Made by a program: the position numbers and the translations under genes
Shown: positions 35,960 to 49,368 of the stretch, one piece after another
How positions within the stretch are numbered: the first letter of the stretch is position 1
Layout of the letters: every line of letters starts with the position of its first letter
Assembly (NCBI RefSeq): GCF_964213995.1
Contig: NC_135808.1
Coordinates: forward strand, 32,364,001-32,428,000
From: Mustelus asterias
Lineage: Eukaryota
Direction of reading: 5' to 3'
DNA length: 64,000 bases
Notes under the pieces: model-generated
What the model was told of the DNA's origin: nothing
Database searches by the model: none
The model's input: the letters and a program-made list of their open reading frames with translations, nothing else

Positions 35960-37142
35960 CCCCTCACCCTCCCCCTGTCAGTGTCACTCCCTCCCCTCAC
36001 TCTCCCCCTGTCAGTGTCACTCCCCCCCCCTCACTCTCCTCCTGTCAGTGTTACTCCCTCCCCTCACACTCCTCCTGTCAGTGTCACTCCCACCCCTCAC
36101 TCTCCCCCTGTCAGTGTCACTCCCTCCCCTCACTCTCCCCCTGTCAGTGTCACTCCCCCCCCTCACTCTCCTCCTGTCAATGTCACTCCCCCCCCTCACA
36201 CTCCTCCTGTCAGTGTCACTCCCTCCCCTCACTCTCCCCGTCAGTGTCACTCCCTCCCCTCACTCTCCCCCTGTCAGTGTCACTCCCTCCCCTCACTCTC
36301 GCCCTGTCAGTGTCACTCCCTCCCCTCACTCTCGCCCTGTCAGTGTCACTCCCTCCCCTCACTCTCCCCCTCACTCTCCCCCTGTCAGTGTCACTCCCTC
36401 CCCTCACTCCCCCTGTCAGTGTCACTCCCTCCCCTCACTCTCCCCTGTCAGTGTCACTCCCTCCCCTCACTCTACTCCTGTCAGTGTCACTCTCTCCCCT
36501 CACTCTCGCCCTGTCAGTGTCACTCCCTCCCCTCACTCTCCCCCTGTCAGTGTCACTCCCTCCCCTCACTCTCCCCCTGTCAGTGTCACTCCTTCCCCTC
36601 ACTCCCCCTGTCAGTGTCACTCCCTCCCCTCACTCTCCCCCTGTCAGTGTCACTCCCTCCCCTCACTCTCCCCTGTCAGTGTCACTCCCTCCCCTCACTC
36701 TACTCCTGTCAGTGTCACTCTCTCCCCTCACTCTCGCCCTGTCAGTGTCACTCCCTCCCCTCACTCTCCTCCTGTCAATGTCACTCCCTCCCCTCACTCT
36801 CCCCCTGTCAGTCTCACTCCCTCCCCTCACTCTCCCCCTGTCAGTGTCACTCCCTCCCCTCACTCTCCCCCTGTCAGTGTCACTCCCTCCCCTCACTCTC
36901 CCCCTGTCAGTGTCACTCTCTCCCCTCACTCTCCTCCTGTCAGTGTCACTCCCTCCCCTCACTCTCCCCCTGTCAGTGTCCCTCCCTCCCCTCACTCTCC
37001 CCCCTGTCAGTGTCACTCTCTCCCCTCACTCTCCCCCTGTCAGTGTCACTCTCTCCCCTCACTCTCCCCCCTGTCAGTGTCCCTCCCTCCCCTCACTCTC
37101 CCCCTGTCAGTGTCACTCTCTCCCCTCACTCTCCCCTGTCAG
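35960..37142 (+). repeat. ~33-bp C-rich minisatellite (ctgtcagtgtcactccctcccctcactctcccc)
   Basis: Tandem array; source of spurious ORFs. Confidence 0.95.
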
Positions 37143-37249
37143 AGCTAAACAGAAATGAAAATCAAGCTTACCTTTCTTACTGTGGAGCCAGCAAGGCTGC
37201 TGGAAATGATTGTTTTCCTGGGAGTTATTTTCTGAAGCATCAGATATAT

Positions 37250-37745
37250 GATGGTGGCACGGTGGCGCGTGGTGAGCACTGCTGCCTCACAGCGCCCGGA
37301 ACCTGGGTTCAATTCCGGCCTTGGGTCACTGTCTGTGTGGAGTTTGCACTTTTCCCCCGTGTCTGCATGGGTTTCCTCTGGGTCCTCTGGTTTCTTCTCA
37401 CAGTCCAAAGATGTGATGTGCAAGTTAGGTGGATTGGCAGTGTTAAATTGCCCTTTAGTGTCAGCGGGACTAGCTAGGGTAAAATGCATGGGGTTATAGG
37501 GATCGGGCCTGGGTGAGATTGTAGTCAGTGCAGACCCGATGGGCCGAATAGCCTCCTTCTGCACTGTGGCATTCTATGATAGTCTGTGCGGGTTAGGGTG
37601 ATTGGCCATGCTAAATTGACTCTCGGGTCGGGGGATTAGGAGGTTAAATGTGTGGGGTTACGGGAATAGGGCCTGGGTGGCATCGTGGTCGGTGCTGACT
37701 CGATGGGCCAAATGGACTCATTTTGTACAGGAATTGTATGTATGT
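37250..37745 (+). mobile_element. HE1-type SINE plus a second partial copy
   Basis: tRNA-like head ggtggcacggtggc...gggttcaattcc and conserved tail. Confidence 0.85.
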
Positions 37746-39681
37746 ATGACCCAAAGAAGTGTCCATTTCTGACAAGCCAGCTCCAGTTAAGGCCAGGAGC
37801 CTATCTGTGTGGTACACCTTAGCACAGTCCAGCAATTTGAATGCAAAGGAATTTCCAAATGGAATTTCTGCAATCTTTCATACAGTCTATTAAAATCCAT
37901 GATGTATTCCACTTTGGAATAATTATCCACCTTCCAATGGCCATCAAATTCTGGCCATGCATCAGTTCCTTCACAGTCTCTGGGTCAACATCTTGGAACT
38001 CCCTCCTTAACAGCACATTGGGTGTACCTACACCTCAGGAGCTTCAGTGGTTCAAAAAGACAGCTCACCACCACCTTCTGAAGGGCAATTAGGGATGGGC
38101 AATAAATGCTGGTCTAGCCAGCGACACCCACATCCTGTAAATGAATAAAAATGATCATCTTTCTGATCAGTTTTATCTAGAAAGCCTTCCTTAGTATCTA
38201 ACTGTTGGGTTGTTAACTTCCAAAATACTTAGCTTATAATCTTACTTTTATTAAGAAGTAACAAAAACCAAAGTGAATATTTGTTTTCTCTCTTGGGTAA
38301 AAACGTAACCCATGTCTAAACGTCTGCTTAATTTTTTCACTGGTTATAAGTTTCAGATTCAAATCAGATCTTGAGGCACTCTCAGAAAACAAGTAAGTGG
38401 CTTGGTTTATGCTATCAATCTAGCGGTGCAGGGCTTGATAGAGACGGTAAGGCCAGCTCCCACTGCCACCACCGAGGTATCGGGGGCTCTTCATATCCCC
38501 CTCATTGCACAATCCTTCGGGCTGTCTCTGCACCTCTCCCCCAATGGCACAATCATTGGGGGCTTTCGCTCCCACCACCTTGGCCACATCGCCAGCATTT
38601 CCCCCCCCCCACTCCATATGTGAAAGTCCCTCTCTCAATAGCCGTGCCCCCAACCCCTGTAACTGGAAGTTCTCCCCCCACTGACAGAATGGGAACGTCC
38701 CCACAATGGGGTTTCTCAGAGGCATGCCTCTGGCATTGCCTCTTGGCTAAGTTGGAAACCTGGCAGTGCCAACCTCTGCCAAGGGGCTGTTCCAGGGATG
38801 CCCAAGCATGTCCCTCTCCCCCTGGAGGCTGTGCTTATCTTTGTGTCCCCGACTGGTACAAATACCTATTGTTCCACTCGCTGCTGTGACGTCACATCGT
38901 CGAGGATTGAATATTCAGTGAGCGGGATCATGTGGTAAGTGAGGGCAGGGGGCGGGCAATCAGTAATGACATTGAAATGTTTGTAAAAACATTAACATCA
39001 CGTTCTTGCCCTTTGTGGGCATGAACCTTGTGGATGTCACCAGCCAGGGGCGTTAAAAATCAGGAAACATGATCTTGCCGCTGAGAATCACGTTTCCCGA
39101 TTCTCGCTGTATTTTCCACTCGTGTCTCCGTTCTTGCTGAAGACAAACGCAGCTGAAAATCACACCTTTGATCTCTACTATTCTTCAACGGAGGATCTCA
39201 GCTTACAATCTTCTGTCTGAAACAAATCCTCAGCTGATATTGTTTGGCCATTCTCGCTGGCGGGATCTTCTGGTGAGGTGGGGAGCAGTTGTAAACCTTG
39301 CTGGTGGGAACCTTTCCCGGCAGGGGGAGAAACTAGTGAGCCTGGAGGCGACCGTCCCAGGACCTCTAATCAAATTGAAATGTGTATTTCCATATTGTAA
39401 TCGTGCAGGGCTGATTATATGGACCAGGGGCCCGGGAGGTTCGTCATCAGCCAGACGCCAGTCTCAGGTCCCCCTACAGGCCCCCGCTGATGCCTCCTGG
39501 ACCGCTGCACTACTCGAACAGTGCAGTGGGCTGGGAGAATCCTGGCCCTTGTCACTCTGGAGTGGAGCAGACAGGAGGGGAGGGAGTTGAAGACAAGTGT
39601 TTCTCAGCAGCTGTCCCTTTGTACAAAAAGCATTACTGATACATTAACTGGAACAAAGCAGACCTGTCCCAATCCTTATAA

Positions 39682-40400
39682 TGTGGAGATGCCGGCGTTG
39701 GACTGGGGTAAACACAGTAAGAAGTTTAACAACACCAGGTTAAAGTCCAACAGGTTTATTTGGTAGCAAAAGCCACACAAGCTTTCTGAGCTCTTAGTCC
39801 CTTCTTCAGGTGAGTGGGAATTCTGTTCACAAGCAGAGCTTATAAAGACACAAACTCAATTTACATGAATAATAGTTGGAATGCGAATACTTACAACTAA
39901 TCAAGTCTTTAAGAAACAAAACAATGTGAGTGGAGAGAGCATCAAGACAGGCTAAAAAGATGTGTATTGTCTCCAGACAAGACAGCCAGTGAAACTCTGC
40001 AGGTCTAGGCAACTGTGGGGGTTACAAATAGTGTGACATGAACCCAATATCCCGGTTGAGGCCGTCCTCGTGTGTGTGGAACTTGGCTATCAGTTTCTGC
40101 TCAGCGACTCTGCTCCGTCGTGTGTCGCGAAGGCCGCCTTGGAGAACGCTTACCCGAATATCAGAGGCCGAATGCCCGTGACCGCTGAAGTGCTCCCCAA
40201 CAGGAAGGGAACAGTCTTGCCTGGTGATTGTCGAGCGGTGTTCATTCATCCGTTGTCGCAGCGTCTGCATAGTTTCCCCAATGTACCATGCCTTGGGACA
40301 TCCTTTCTTGCAGTGTATCAGGTAGACAACATTGGCCGAGTTGCAAGAGTATGTACCGTGTACCTGGTGGATGGTGTTCTCACGTGAGATGATGGCATAT
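39682..40400 (-). mobile_element. Penelope-like element 3' part (GIY-YIG) with hammerhead motif ~39775-39815
   Basis: NVVYLIHCKKGCPKAWYIGETMQTLRQRMNEH..GLN; minus strand cacCTGAAGA..GAAAgcTTgtg. Confidence 0.85.
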
Positions 40401-40847
40401 TTGTTGTCGTATTTATGTTTGAGTTCAGAGTCATTCTAAACAAATCAAATCATTTTATTCACAGGAACCATTTTAAGATGACGACAGTTTACAAAGTAGA
40501 AAAATAGCTCATTACCACAAATGTTATGAAATATTTTAGACCAATTTGCTAAGGTTGACATTGTTCAGTAATAACTCTCATAAAGTTGTGCAATGTCTAC
40601 TTGCTGCTGTAATAAAATCTCCCTTGTTTCTCTCTCCATCCACACTGTTCTTTTCTGGCATTTCCTGTGGGAGGGAGAGGGATTTTTCTCCCTCTCAATA
40701 TCCAAATCTATCAGCCCCCCCAGCAGCTCTCCAGCCTCCCTGACAACTTTCCTCAGCTTCTCCCTGAGGCCTGTCTCCAGGGACATCCATGTTGGGATCC
40801 TCCATTTCCAGAACAATCTGCTGTGTGGGGCGAGGGGTCAATGCTTC

Positions 40848-42365
40848 AAAGAACAAAAAACAATACAGCACAGGAACAGGCCCTTCGGCCCTCCAAGCCT
40901 GCGCCGCTCATGTGCCCACTAGACCATTCTTTTGTATCCCTCTATTCCCAGTCTGTTCATGTGGCTATCTAGATAAGTCTTAAACGATCCCAGCGTGTCC
41001 GCCTCAATCACCCTACTTGGCAGCGCATTCCAGGCCCCCACCACCCTCTGTGTAAAATACGTCCCCCTGACATCTGTGTTGAACCTTACCCCCTTCACCT
41101 TGAACCCGTGACCCCTTGTGTTCGTCACCTCCGACCTGGGAAATAGCTTCCCACCGTTCACCCTATCTATGCCCTTCATAATTTTATACACCTCTATTAG
41201 GTCGCCCCTCATCCTCCGTCATTCCAGGGAGAACAACCCCAGTTTACCCAATCTCTCCTCATAGCTAAGACCCTCTATACCAGGCAACATCCTGGTAAAC
41301 CTTCTCTGTACTCTCTCCAAAGCCTCCATGTCCTTCTGGTAGTGTGGCGACCAGAACTGGATGCAGTATTCCAAATGTGTCCTAACCATCGTTCTATACA
41401 GCTGCAACATCATATGCCAACTTTTATATTCTATGCCCCGTCCAATAAAGGCAAGCATGCCATATGCCTTCTTCACCACTCTCTCCACCTATGCTGCCAC
41501 CTTTAAGGATCTGTGGACTTGTACACCCAGGTCCCTCTGTGTGTCTATACTCCTGATGGTTCTGCCATTTATTGTATAGCTCCCCCTTACATTAGATCTA
41601 CCGAAATGCATCACTTCACATTTATCTGGATTAAATTCCATCTGCCATTTCTCCGCCCAATGTTCCAGCCTATCTATATCCTGCTGTATTCTCTGACAAT
41701 GTTCATCACTATCCGCAACTCCAGCAATCTTCGTGTCGTCCGCAAACTTACTGATCACACCAGCTACATCCTCTTCCAAATCATTTATATATATATATCA
41801 CAAACAGCAGAAGTCCCAGTACAGAGCCCTGCGGAACACCACGAGTCACAGACCTCCAACCGGAAAAAGACCCCTCCACTGCTACCCTCTGTCTTCTATG
41901 GCGAATCATGATGTGGAGATGACGAAGGAGCAGCACTCCGAAAGCTTATGGTATTTGCTACCAAATAAACCTGTTGGACTTTAATCTGGTGTTGTGAGAC
42001 TTCTTACTGTGTTCTATGGCTAAGCCAGTTCTCCACCCATCTAGCTAGCTCACCTTTTATCACGTGAGATTTAACCTTTTGCGCCAGCCTGCCATGAGGG
42101 ACCTTGTCAAATGCTTTACTAAAATCCACAGAGACGACATCCACGGCCCTTCCCTCGCCAATCGTTTTTGTCACCTCCTCAAAAAACTCAACCAAATTTG
42201 TGAGGCATGACCTCCCTCGTACAAAACCATGCTGTCTATCGCTAATGAGATTATTCAGTTCTAAATGCGCATATATCCTATCTCTAAGAATCTTCTCCAA
42301 AATTTCCCTACCACGGACGTCAAGCTCACCAGCCCATAATTACCCGGGTTATCCTTGCGGTTATT
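40848..42365 (-). mobile_element. CR1 LINE inserted into the 3' end of gene B (Penelope fragment inside at ~41905-42010)
   Basis: RT ORFs. The flanks rejoin to give the uninterrupted gene A sequence agcttc|ctgtgggg. Confidence 0.9.
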
Positions 42366-43055
42366 CTGTGGGGAAAGCTGTGCAATGTGTAATCAAACCC
42401 CACAATCCCCGACACTGTGACAGGAGAGTCTGGGTAAGTGACCCCTGACCTGTGCAGACACTGGGAACAGGAGTTCAACAACCTGATTGTCCTCTTCAGT
42501 ACTCGACATGTCACATAGTTTTTTATACTGAGTCAGAAATATCCTGGTAAAAATCCGTGAACATTCAAAGGTCTTTGAAAACTCTGATCAATCAGAAAGC
42601 GCTGAGTGTCCATGAAATGTGAGTGTATTTCATTCCCAACAATCTGCCCCTCAGTCACTGACTGGGAGCTGTTGTGTACGTCCCACTTGGTGAATCTGCA
42701 GAAGTAAAATAAATGTCAGTTAGAATGGGGAATAATCCATTCTCAGAGAGTGAGAACACAACAAGTGTGAGGGAATGGAGATTGTGTGAGAAATACTCAT
42801 TCTCACACTCCCCTCCATCCTTACACTTTATGGAGATCCTGTCGATCTCTTCCATTCCATCCATATTCAGTAGGTGAGGATGTGAGTGTGTGCGGTGGCT
42901 TTAATGATCAATATTAGACCTGGTCTGAGCTGATCACACAAAGGAAGATCAGACAGGGAACAAGATGTGTTTATACGTGTGTATCTGTGTGTGGGAATTA
43001 AATCAGTTCATTCAACACAGTGTCCTGTACTCCCAGTACTGGAGATTCCCCACAC

Positions 43056-43126
43056 TCACTCTGTCCCCTCAGTTCTACATTCCCCTCTCTCTGCTCCGAT
43101 TATAATTCCAAGATTAGATCTAGTTT
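43056..43126 (-). pseudogene. Gene B remnant TM exon (most of the helix and the splice donor deleted)
   Basis: Reads ETRSNLGIIIGA then intronic ERGECRTEGTE*. About 77 nt of gene A (3415-3491) are missing at a ctg microhomology. Confidence 0.85.
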
Positions 43127-43868
43127 CTGAAACACATTCGAATAATATGAGGATTGTCTCTCTCTGTTCCCGGATCCATTCCCAGTTCTCTGTTCATTGG
43201 GGACAATTGGAACTGAAGCTGCCCATTGGGAATTGATGGGATTGGCTGAAACGCTGGTTTTACACTCGCCCCATTTCACTCTCCAGTGAAGTGACGAAAG
43301 ATTCCCAATGATGGTGGTGTCCAAGCCGTGTTGTCCCAATCCCATGGGATACCTTCCCAGCCAGTTCAGTTCTAATTCTCCCCAATGTCTGTGTGTCCTG
43401 TCCTTGTTCAATCCCCAGGATTACATTGTACGGCCCAGGATGCAGCATCACTGATGGTTTTCACATCAAACTTCAAAGGGATGAGGAATAAACTGATCGC
43501 TGGAAACTGGGCTGAGCTGAGAATGAGGAAATCCACAGATAAACAGAGCAAATGCTTCAAAAGAAGCAGTTGGTCCAATCCAGCAGCAGGAGTTAGTCCT
43601 AAACAACTGTACTGACCCCACCATGGTCAACACATGGAATAAGTGAGAGAATCCAACTCAAAAAAAAGACTTCACAAAATGTCCAGAGATTGAGGTCCAG
43701 ACACTTAGACAAGTATCAGCTGGTCAAAGAGAGACAGGATGGATTGTGAAGGGAAACTCATGTCTGCCTCATCTCAGTAAGTGTGATGAGGAGCACAATA
43801 ACATGGTGGATAAGGAAGTGTCTATGGACCCAATCACGCACACGCATGCACACACACAAGTTCCTTAC

Positions 43869-44147
43869 CTGACTGATGGAGCTTGGGCTCTGCCAGGCTG
43901 CTGTGTTCAATTTGACAGGAGTATTGATCCTCATCCCCAGCATTTATTTCAATCTCTTTCTGGATCTGATGGGTCCCATCGTGGTTCGGTCGAACCCCCG
44001 AGGATAGTGTCTCAGACATTACCTCTCCATTCCTTAGCCAGGTCACCTCGATGTCTGCAGGATAAAAACCAGTAACCAGGCAGGAGAGAGTGAGCGGCTT
44101 GTACTGACTATTGGGCTCACTTCTGGAGATGAAGACTTCAGGCTGAA
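43869..44147 (-). pseudogene. Gene B alpha3 exon (open frame; terminal W changed to S)
   Basis: 279 nt; C1-set cysteines intact. Confidence 0.9.
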
Positions 44148-44264
44148 CTGTAATGGGAAAGGGTGAAAACACAAACAATAAACCCACACTGAATGGAATG
44201 GGAGAACGGATTGATAGATCAGTGAAGTTAGATCAGAACATGGGCTCAAAACTGAATTCAATAC

Positions 44265-44540
44265 CTTTCCGTCCAAAATATTCCTTTCCAGCTCACAAAT
44301 ATCTCTTTAAATTCTGAACAAGTATTTCTTCCAAACTCCATTTCCAATATTTGTTCCAGGATTGATCCGAATCCCATTTCTCTTTAGTCTTCACTGCGAA
44401 GTGATTGGACGCGACCCATCTCATTCTGTCTGGCTCTAAACTAATATAGTCCTTTCCATCAAATCCAAACCGCATCCATCTCTTAATGGAGCCGTCTTCA
44501 GTGACCTCAACAGACCGAATCCATTGGAAAGTGTGAATTC
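44265..44540 (-). pseudogene. Gene B alpha2 exon with in-frame stop
   Basis: 276 nt; ...LKRYL*AGKEYFGRK. Confidence 0.9.
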
Positions 44541-44631
44541 CTGTCAGGAGAGCCCAGAGGGATTGATAATCAGTTGAGAGTGGAACATCACACGCAGTCT
44601 GATCAGAGCGATATTATTGTTATTCCCGGAG

Positions 44632-45043
44632 CCAGGGTTTTTAGGATGGTGCAGTTTCCCTTTCTGTCATCGAGGAACACATTCCCAGGGTTTTTAGGAT
44701 GGTGCATTGAGGTTCTGACATCGAGGAACACATTCCCAGGGTTTTTAGGATGGTGCATTGAGGTTCTAACATCGAGGAACACATTCCCAGGGTTTTTAGG
44801 ATGGTGCATTGAGGTTCTGACATCGAGGAACACATTCCCAGGGTTTTTAGGATGGTGCATTGAGGTTCTAACATCGAGGAACACATTCCCAGGGTTTTTA
44901 GGATGGTGCATTGAGGTTCTGACATCGAGGAACACATTCCCAGGGTTTTTAGGATGGTGCATTGAGGTTCTGACATCGAGGAACACATTCCCAGGGTTTT
45001 TAGGATGGTGCATTGAGGTTCTGACATCGAGGAACACATTCCC
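44632..45043 (+). repeat. 51-bp tandem repeat, about 8 copies
   Basis: Unit ccagggtttttaggatggtgcattgaggttctgacatcgaggaacacattc. Confidence 0.95.
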
Positions 45044-47129
45044 ATCGATGCCTCCTGTCCTGAAGCCATTCCTCGCTGCAAAGACCAACAGCTGGCTGGA
45101 TTCTGGGTTATTGCCCTCCCTCAGCAGAAATTCCCACCTCACGGAGTTGCCCGCCAATCCCTGGTCCCCACAGCACCACAAGCTGCAGTGGACAGGACTG
45201 GAACTGCAAGCAGGCCCCAGGGCCTCAGTCTCAGGAATCCAGAAGCTGGCAAATGTGGGGGTCTGAGGGTGAGTAGTGGAGGTCAGGTTAAGGGGATGGT
45301 TGGATGGGCAGGAAAGTTGCAGAGGTTGAGGAGGGGGAGGAAGGACATGTGTGGACCAGAACACCTGGGGAGATGCCTGATGTTAAAAGGTGGCTGTCCC
45401 CGCCCCCACTCAACAACACCCAACACCACCCCCCCTCACCTTTTCTATCCTAAGGACCAAAATAAATAAATCACTCCACAATTCCCCACCTTACAGTCCA
45501 TTTGACAACTTTGTTATCTTTTCACTTAATGTGTCAATATCACCTTTCAGTCGCTTTGTGTCTTCCTCACAGCTTACATTCCCACTGAGAATTGTGGTGA
45601 ATATAAGTAGACGAAGATATACACTGTGACTGATTAGGGTTCAGTAGAAGGGCGACTGTTGTGTTTGAAATACCTTAAAGACATGACCTGGGATTTTCTG
45701 GTTCTGTGCACAGTGGGCGTTGTCACCAGCGGGACAGGAAAATTTGGAGAGTCTTTTAGTCACACTGCAAATGTTCCAGTCCCACCCGTGATGATGCCCG
45801 CTGCTGCCAGCGCTGGAGAATTATGCCCATGGATGTGGCAGGGGTGAGTGGGCACATTTTCAAACTTCACTCATGGAAAACTACCAAACGATAACTTGGA
45901 AATGGAGTCAGCAGTGAAGAAGACAGAGCGGGATTTTCCAATTCCTCCTGCTGCCAGAATCGCCACAGCTGGGAATGGGAAATCCGACAGACCCGCAAAA
46001 GTCTGGTGACTTTCGGCATAAATTTCCAGTCCCACAGTGGACAGGACTGGAAAAGCCCACACTTTGTAACAGACGTCAAGAAGACACAGTGAGGTGAAAG
46101 GAGCAGAGAGGTGGCAATGAAACCCGGGTAAATGTGAGGTGATACGCTACAGAGAAGCCAAACTACAATTTAAAACACAGTGTCATAGAGAGACCTGGAT
46201 GTTGGTACACATTCTGTGAAAGGCAGCACAGAACACTAAACACTTCCGAGAGTGTGTGGGATCCTGAGGCTGGGAGTAAAAAAACCAGGAAAATATACCG
46301 AACCGTCATCAAACACATCCTCATCCTCAGCCGGAATATTGGACAGGGTGGGAGGGGGGCGGGGGGGGGGGGGGGGGGAATTTCCGCTCCCATTTTCAGG
46401 GGATGGGAATGGCAGAGGGGTATTGTTTACACTGGCAGGAATTCCCTGCTTGATTATCCCTGTCCTCTGCCAATGCTGTGACGGGAATCCTGGATTTAAA
46501 AGTCGGGATCTCCATTTACATGCATTCATGCATAGCAGGGCTTTCTGCCTGAGAGACCCCCCCACGTTAGACTGTCCATTCACGCCAGTGCGAATCACTC
46601 AGGGACCTCCGCGATGTGCACCTTGTGATCAAAACCCACCGGAGATGTACAGCTGAGTATAGACCCCCTCGGGGGAGAGGGACATGCCCCAGGAGTACCC
46701 AGGCACTGTCCAACCACTTCCTTAGCACTGCCCCCTGGGAGGACAGGGTCAGTGCCAGGTGGCAGCACAGTGCTAGGGGACAGAGCCGGGGCAGTGCAGG
46801 GGGCATGCTAGGTGGCTGTGCTGGGTGTTTGGTGGTGGTGGGGAAGTGGAAGTTTTGTTGGTCTCCCTTTTTAAAGGTGCTTGAACTTTTAAAAGTCAAA
46901 GTCGTGGGACCGCCCCCCCCACACACACACACACATTTAGTTTTGATTTATACACAGCGGGAAAAGTGGACAGGGCAGTGGGCTGGCTACACTCTGCTGG
47001 AGAAAGCAATGAAGGAGTTCAGTGACACAGAGAGACTGGAGAAGCTGGGAATAGTCTCCTTTATAGCAGACAGTTTTGGAGAAGATTTGATATTTGTTTA
47101 TTGGCTCGGGGGTATGTGTGTCATTGACG

Positions 47130-47762
47130 TGAAGAAGGCCTATAGTGTGTTAGCGTTTATTAACAGGGGGTTTCAGTTTAAGAGCCGTGGGGTTGTGCTG
47201 CAACTGTACAGGACCTTGGTGAGACCACATTTGGAATATTGTGTGCAGTTCTGGTCACCTCACTATAAGAAGGATGTGGAAGCGCTGGAAAGAGTGCAGA
47301 GGAGATTTACCAGGATGCTGCCTGGTTTGGAGGGTAGGTCTTATGAGGAAAGGTTGAGGGAGCTAGGGATTTTCTCTTTAGAGCAGAGGAGGATGAGAGA
47401 CAACTTAATAGAGGTTTATAAGATGATGAGGGGGTTAGATAGAGTGGACGTTCAGAGACTATTTCCTCGGGTGAATGTAGCTGTTACTCGGGGGCATAAC
47501 TATAAGGTTAATGGTGGGAGATATAGGAGGGATGTCCGAGGTAGGTTCTTTACGCAGAGAGTGGTTGGGGTGTGGAATGGACTGCCTGCAGTGATAGAGG
47601 AGTTGGACACTTTAGGAACTTTCAAGCGGTTATTGGATAGGGACATGGAGCACACCAGTATGATAGGGAGTGGGATAGCTTGATCTTTGTTTCGAACATA
47701 GCTCGGCACAACATTGAGGGCCAAAGGGCCTGTACTGTGCTGCACTGTTCTATGTTCTATGT
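47130..47762 (+). mobile_element. CR1 3' fragment
   Basis: EYCVQFWSP..RFFTQRVV plus ttctatg tail. Confidence 0.88.
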
Positions 47763-48309
47763 ATGACTAGGCCAGCATTTATTGACTATTCCTCATTGAC
47801 CGATGTATGAAATCAGTACACAAAGTGTGGTTCGGATTTGGAATGGACGGCATGCTGGGTACAGACTCAGTATAGCTTTAAAAATGGAATTGGATCAGTA
47901 ATTACAGCGAAAAACATTCCAGGTCTTTGTGAAATGAACCCATTCTATTGATCTTTGAATGAGCTAGCATGGACTCAATGGGCTGAATGTTGTCTTGCCA
48001 TGTTGCCATATACGATGAATGTTTGATTCTGGGGTAACTGTTGAGGAAAGAACAGGTGGATTGTACTAACTGCAGGACAGCGGTGGAGTAAAGCAGACAC
48101 GACTGTTAGCAGCTGTTATACAGCTGCAGTGAGAGGATAGGTGGACACATGACTGAATCAATGCAGAGGACCAGGAGAACATTCCTTCAGTGCTGTGTGC
48201 AGTGCCACTCACACCAGAACAAGTGAAAGAGTCTCAGCCATGGACACAGTGCTGGTAAAGAACTAATCCCCTGAGATAACGGAATAGATACAGACACGAT
48301 CATCCTCCT

Positions 48310-49368
48310 CTCTCTCTCTCACACATTCTCACACACGCTCATGCACACACACACACACACACACACTCTTTCATGCACANNNNNNNNNNNNNNNNNNNNN
48401 NNNNNNNNNNNNNNNNNNNNNNNNNNNNNNNNNNNNNNNNNNNNNNNNNNNNNNNNNNNNNNNNNNNNNNNNNNNNNNNNNNNNNNNNNNNNNNNNNNNN
48501 NNNNNNNNNNNNNNNNNNNNCCTCATGCACACACACACACACTCCCTCATGCACACACACACACACTCCCTCATGCACACACACACACTCCCTCATGCAC
48601 ACACACACACACTCCCTCATGCACACACACACACACTCTCTCATGCACACACACACTCCCTCATGCACACACACACACACTCCCTCATGCACACACACAC
48701 ACTCCCTCATGCACACACACACACACACTTCCTCATGCACACACACACACACACTCCCTCATGCACACACACACACACTCCCTCATGCACACACACACAC
48801 ACTCCCTCATGCACACACACACACTCCCTCATGCACACACACACACTCCCTCATGCACACACACACACACACACACACTCCCTCATGCACACACACACAC
48901 ACTCCCTTATGCACACACACACACTCCCTCATGCACACACACACACACACACTCCCTTATGCACACACACACACACACACACACACTCCCTCATGCACAC
49001 ACACACACACTCCCTCATGCACACACACACTCTTTCATGCACACACACACACACCCTCATGCACACACACACTCCCTCATGCACACACACACCCACTCCC
49101 TCATGCACACACACACACACACACCCTCATGCACACACACACACTCCCTCATGCACACACACACTCTTTCATGCACACACACACACACCCTCATGCACAC
49201 ACACACTCCCTCATGCACACACACACTCTTTCATGCACACACACACACACACCCTCATGCACACACACACACTCCCTCATGCACACACACACACACTCCT
49301 TCATGCACACACACACACACACACACTCCCTCATGCACACACACACACACTCCCTCATGCACACACAC
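48310..49368 (+). repeat. (CA)n-based compound repeat (cctcatg(ca)n) with an N gap at 48380-48520
   Basis: Visible repeat. Confidence 0.95.

Noticed and set aside
35726-37477. Mucin- or extensin-like S/P/C-rich ORFs
   Set aside because: 33-bp tandem repeat open in several frames, with no splice or domain support.
44574-45364. 17-aa repeat proteins or a CRISPR-like array
   Set aside because: Head-to-tail 51-bp repeat with no unique spacers, in a eukaryotic intron.
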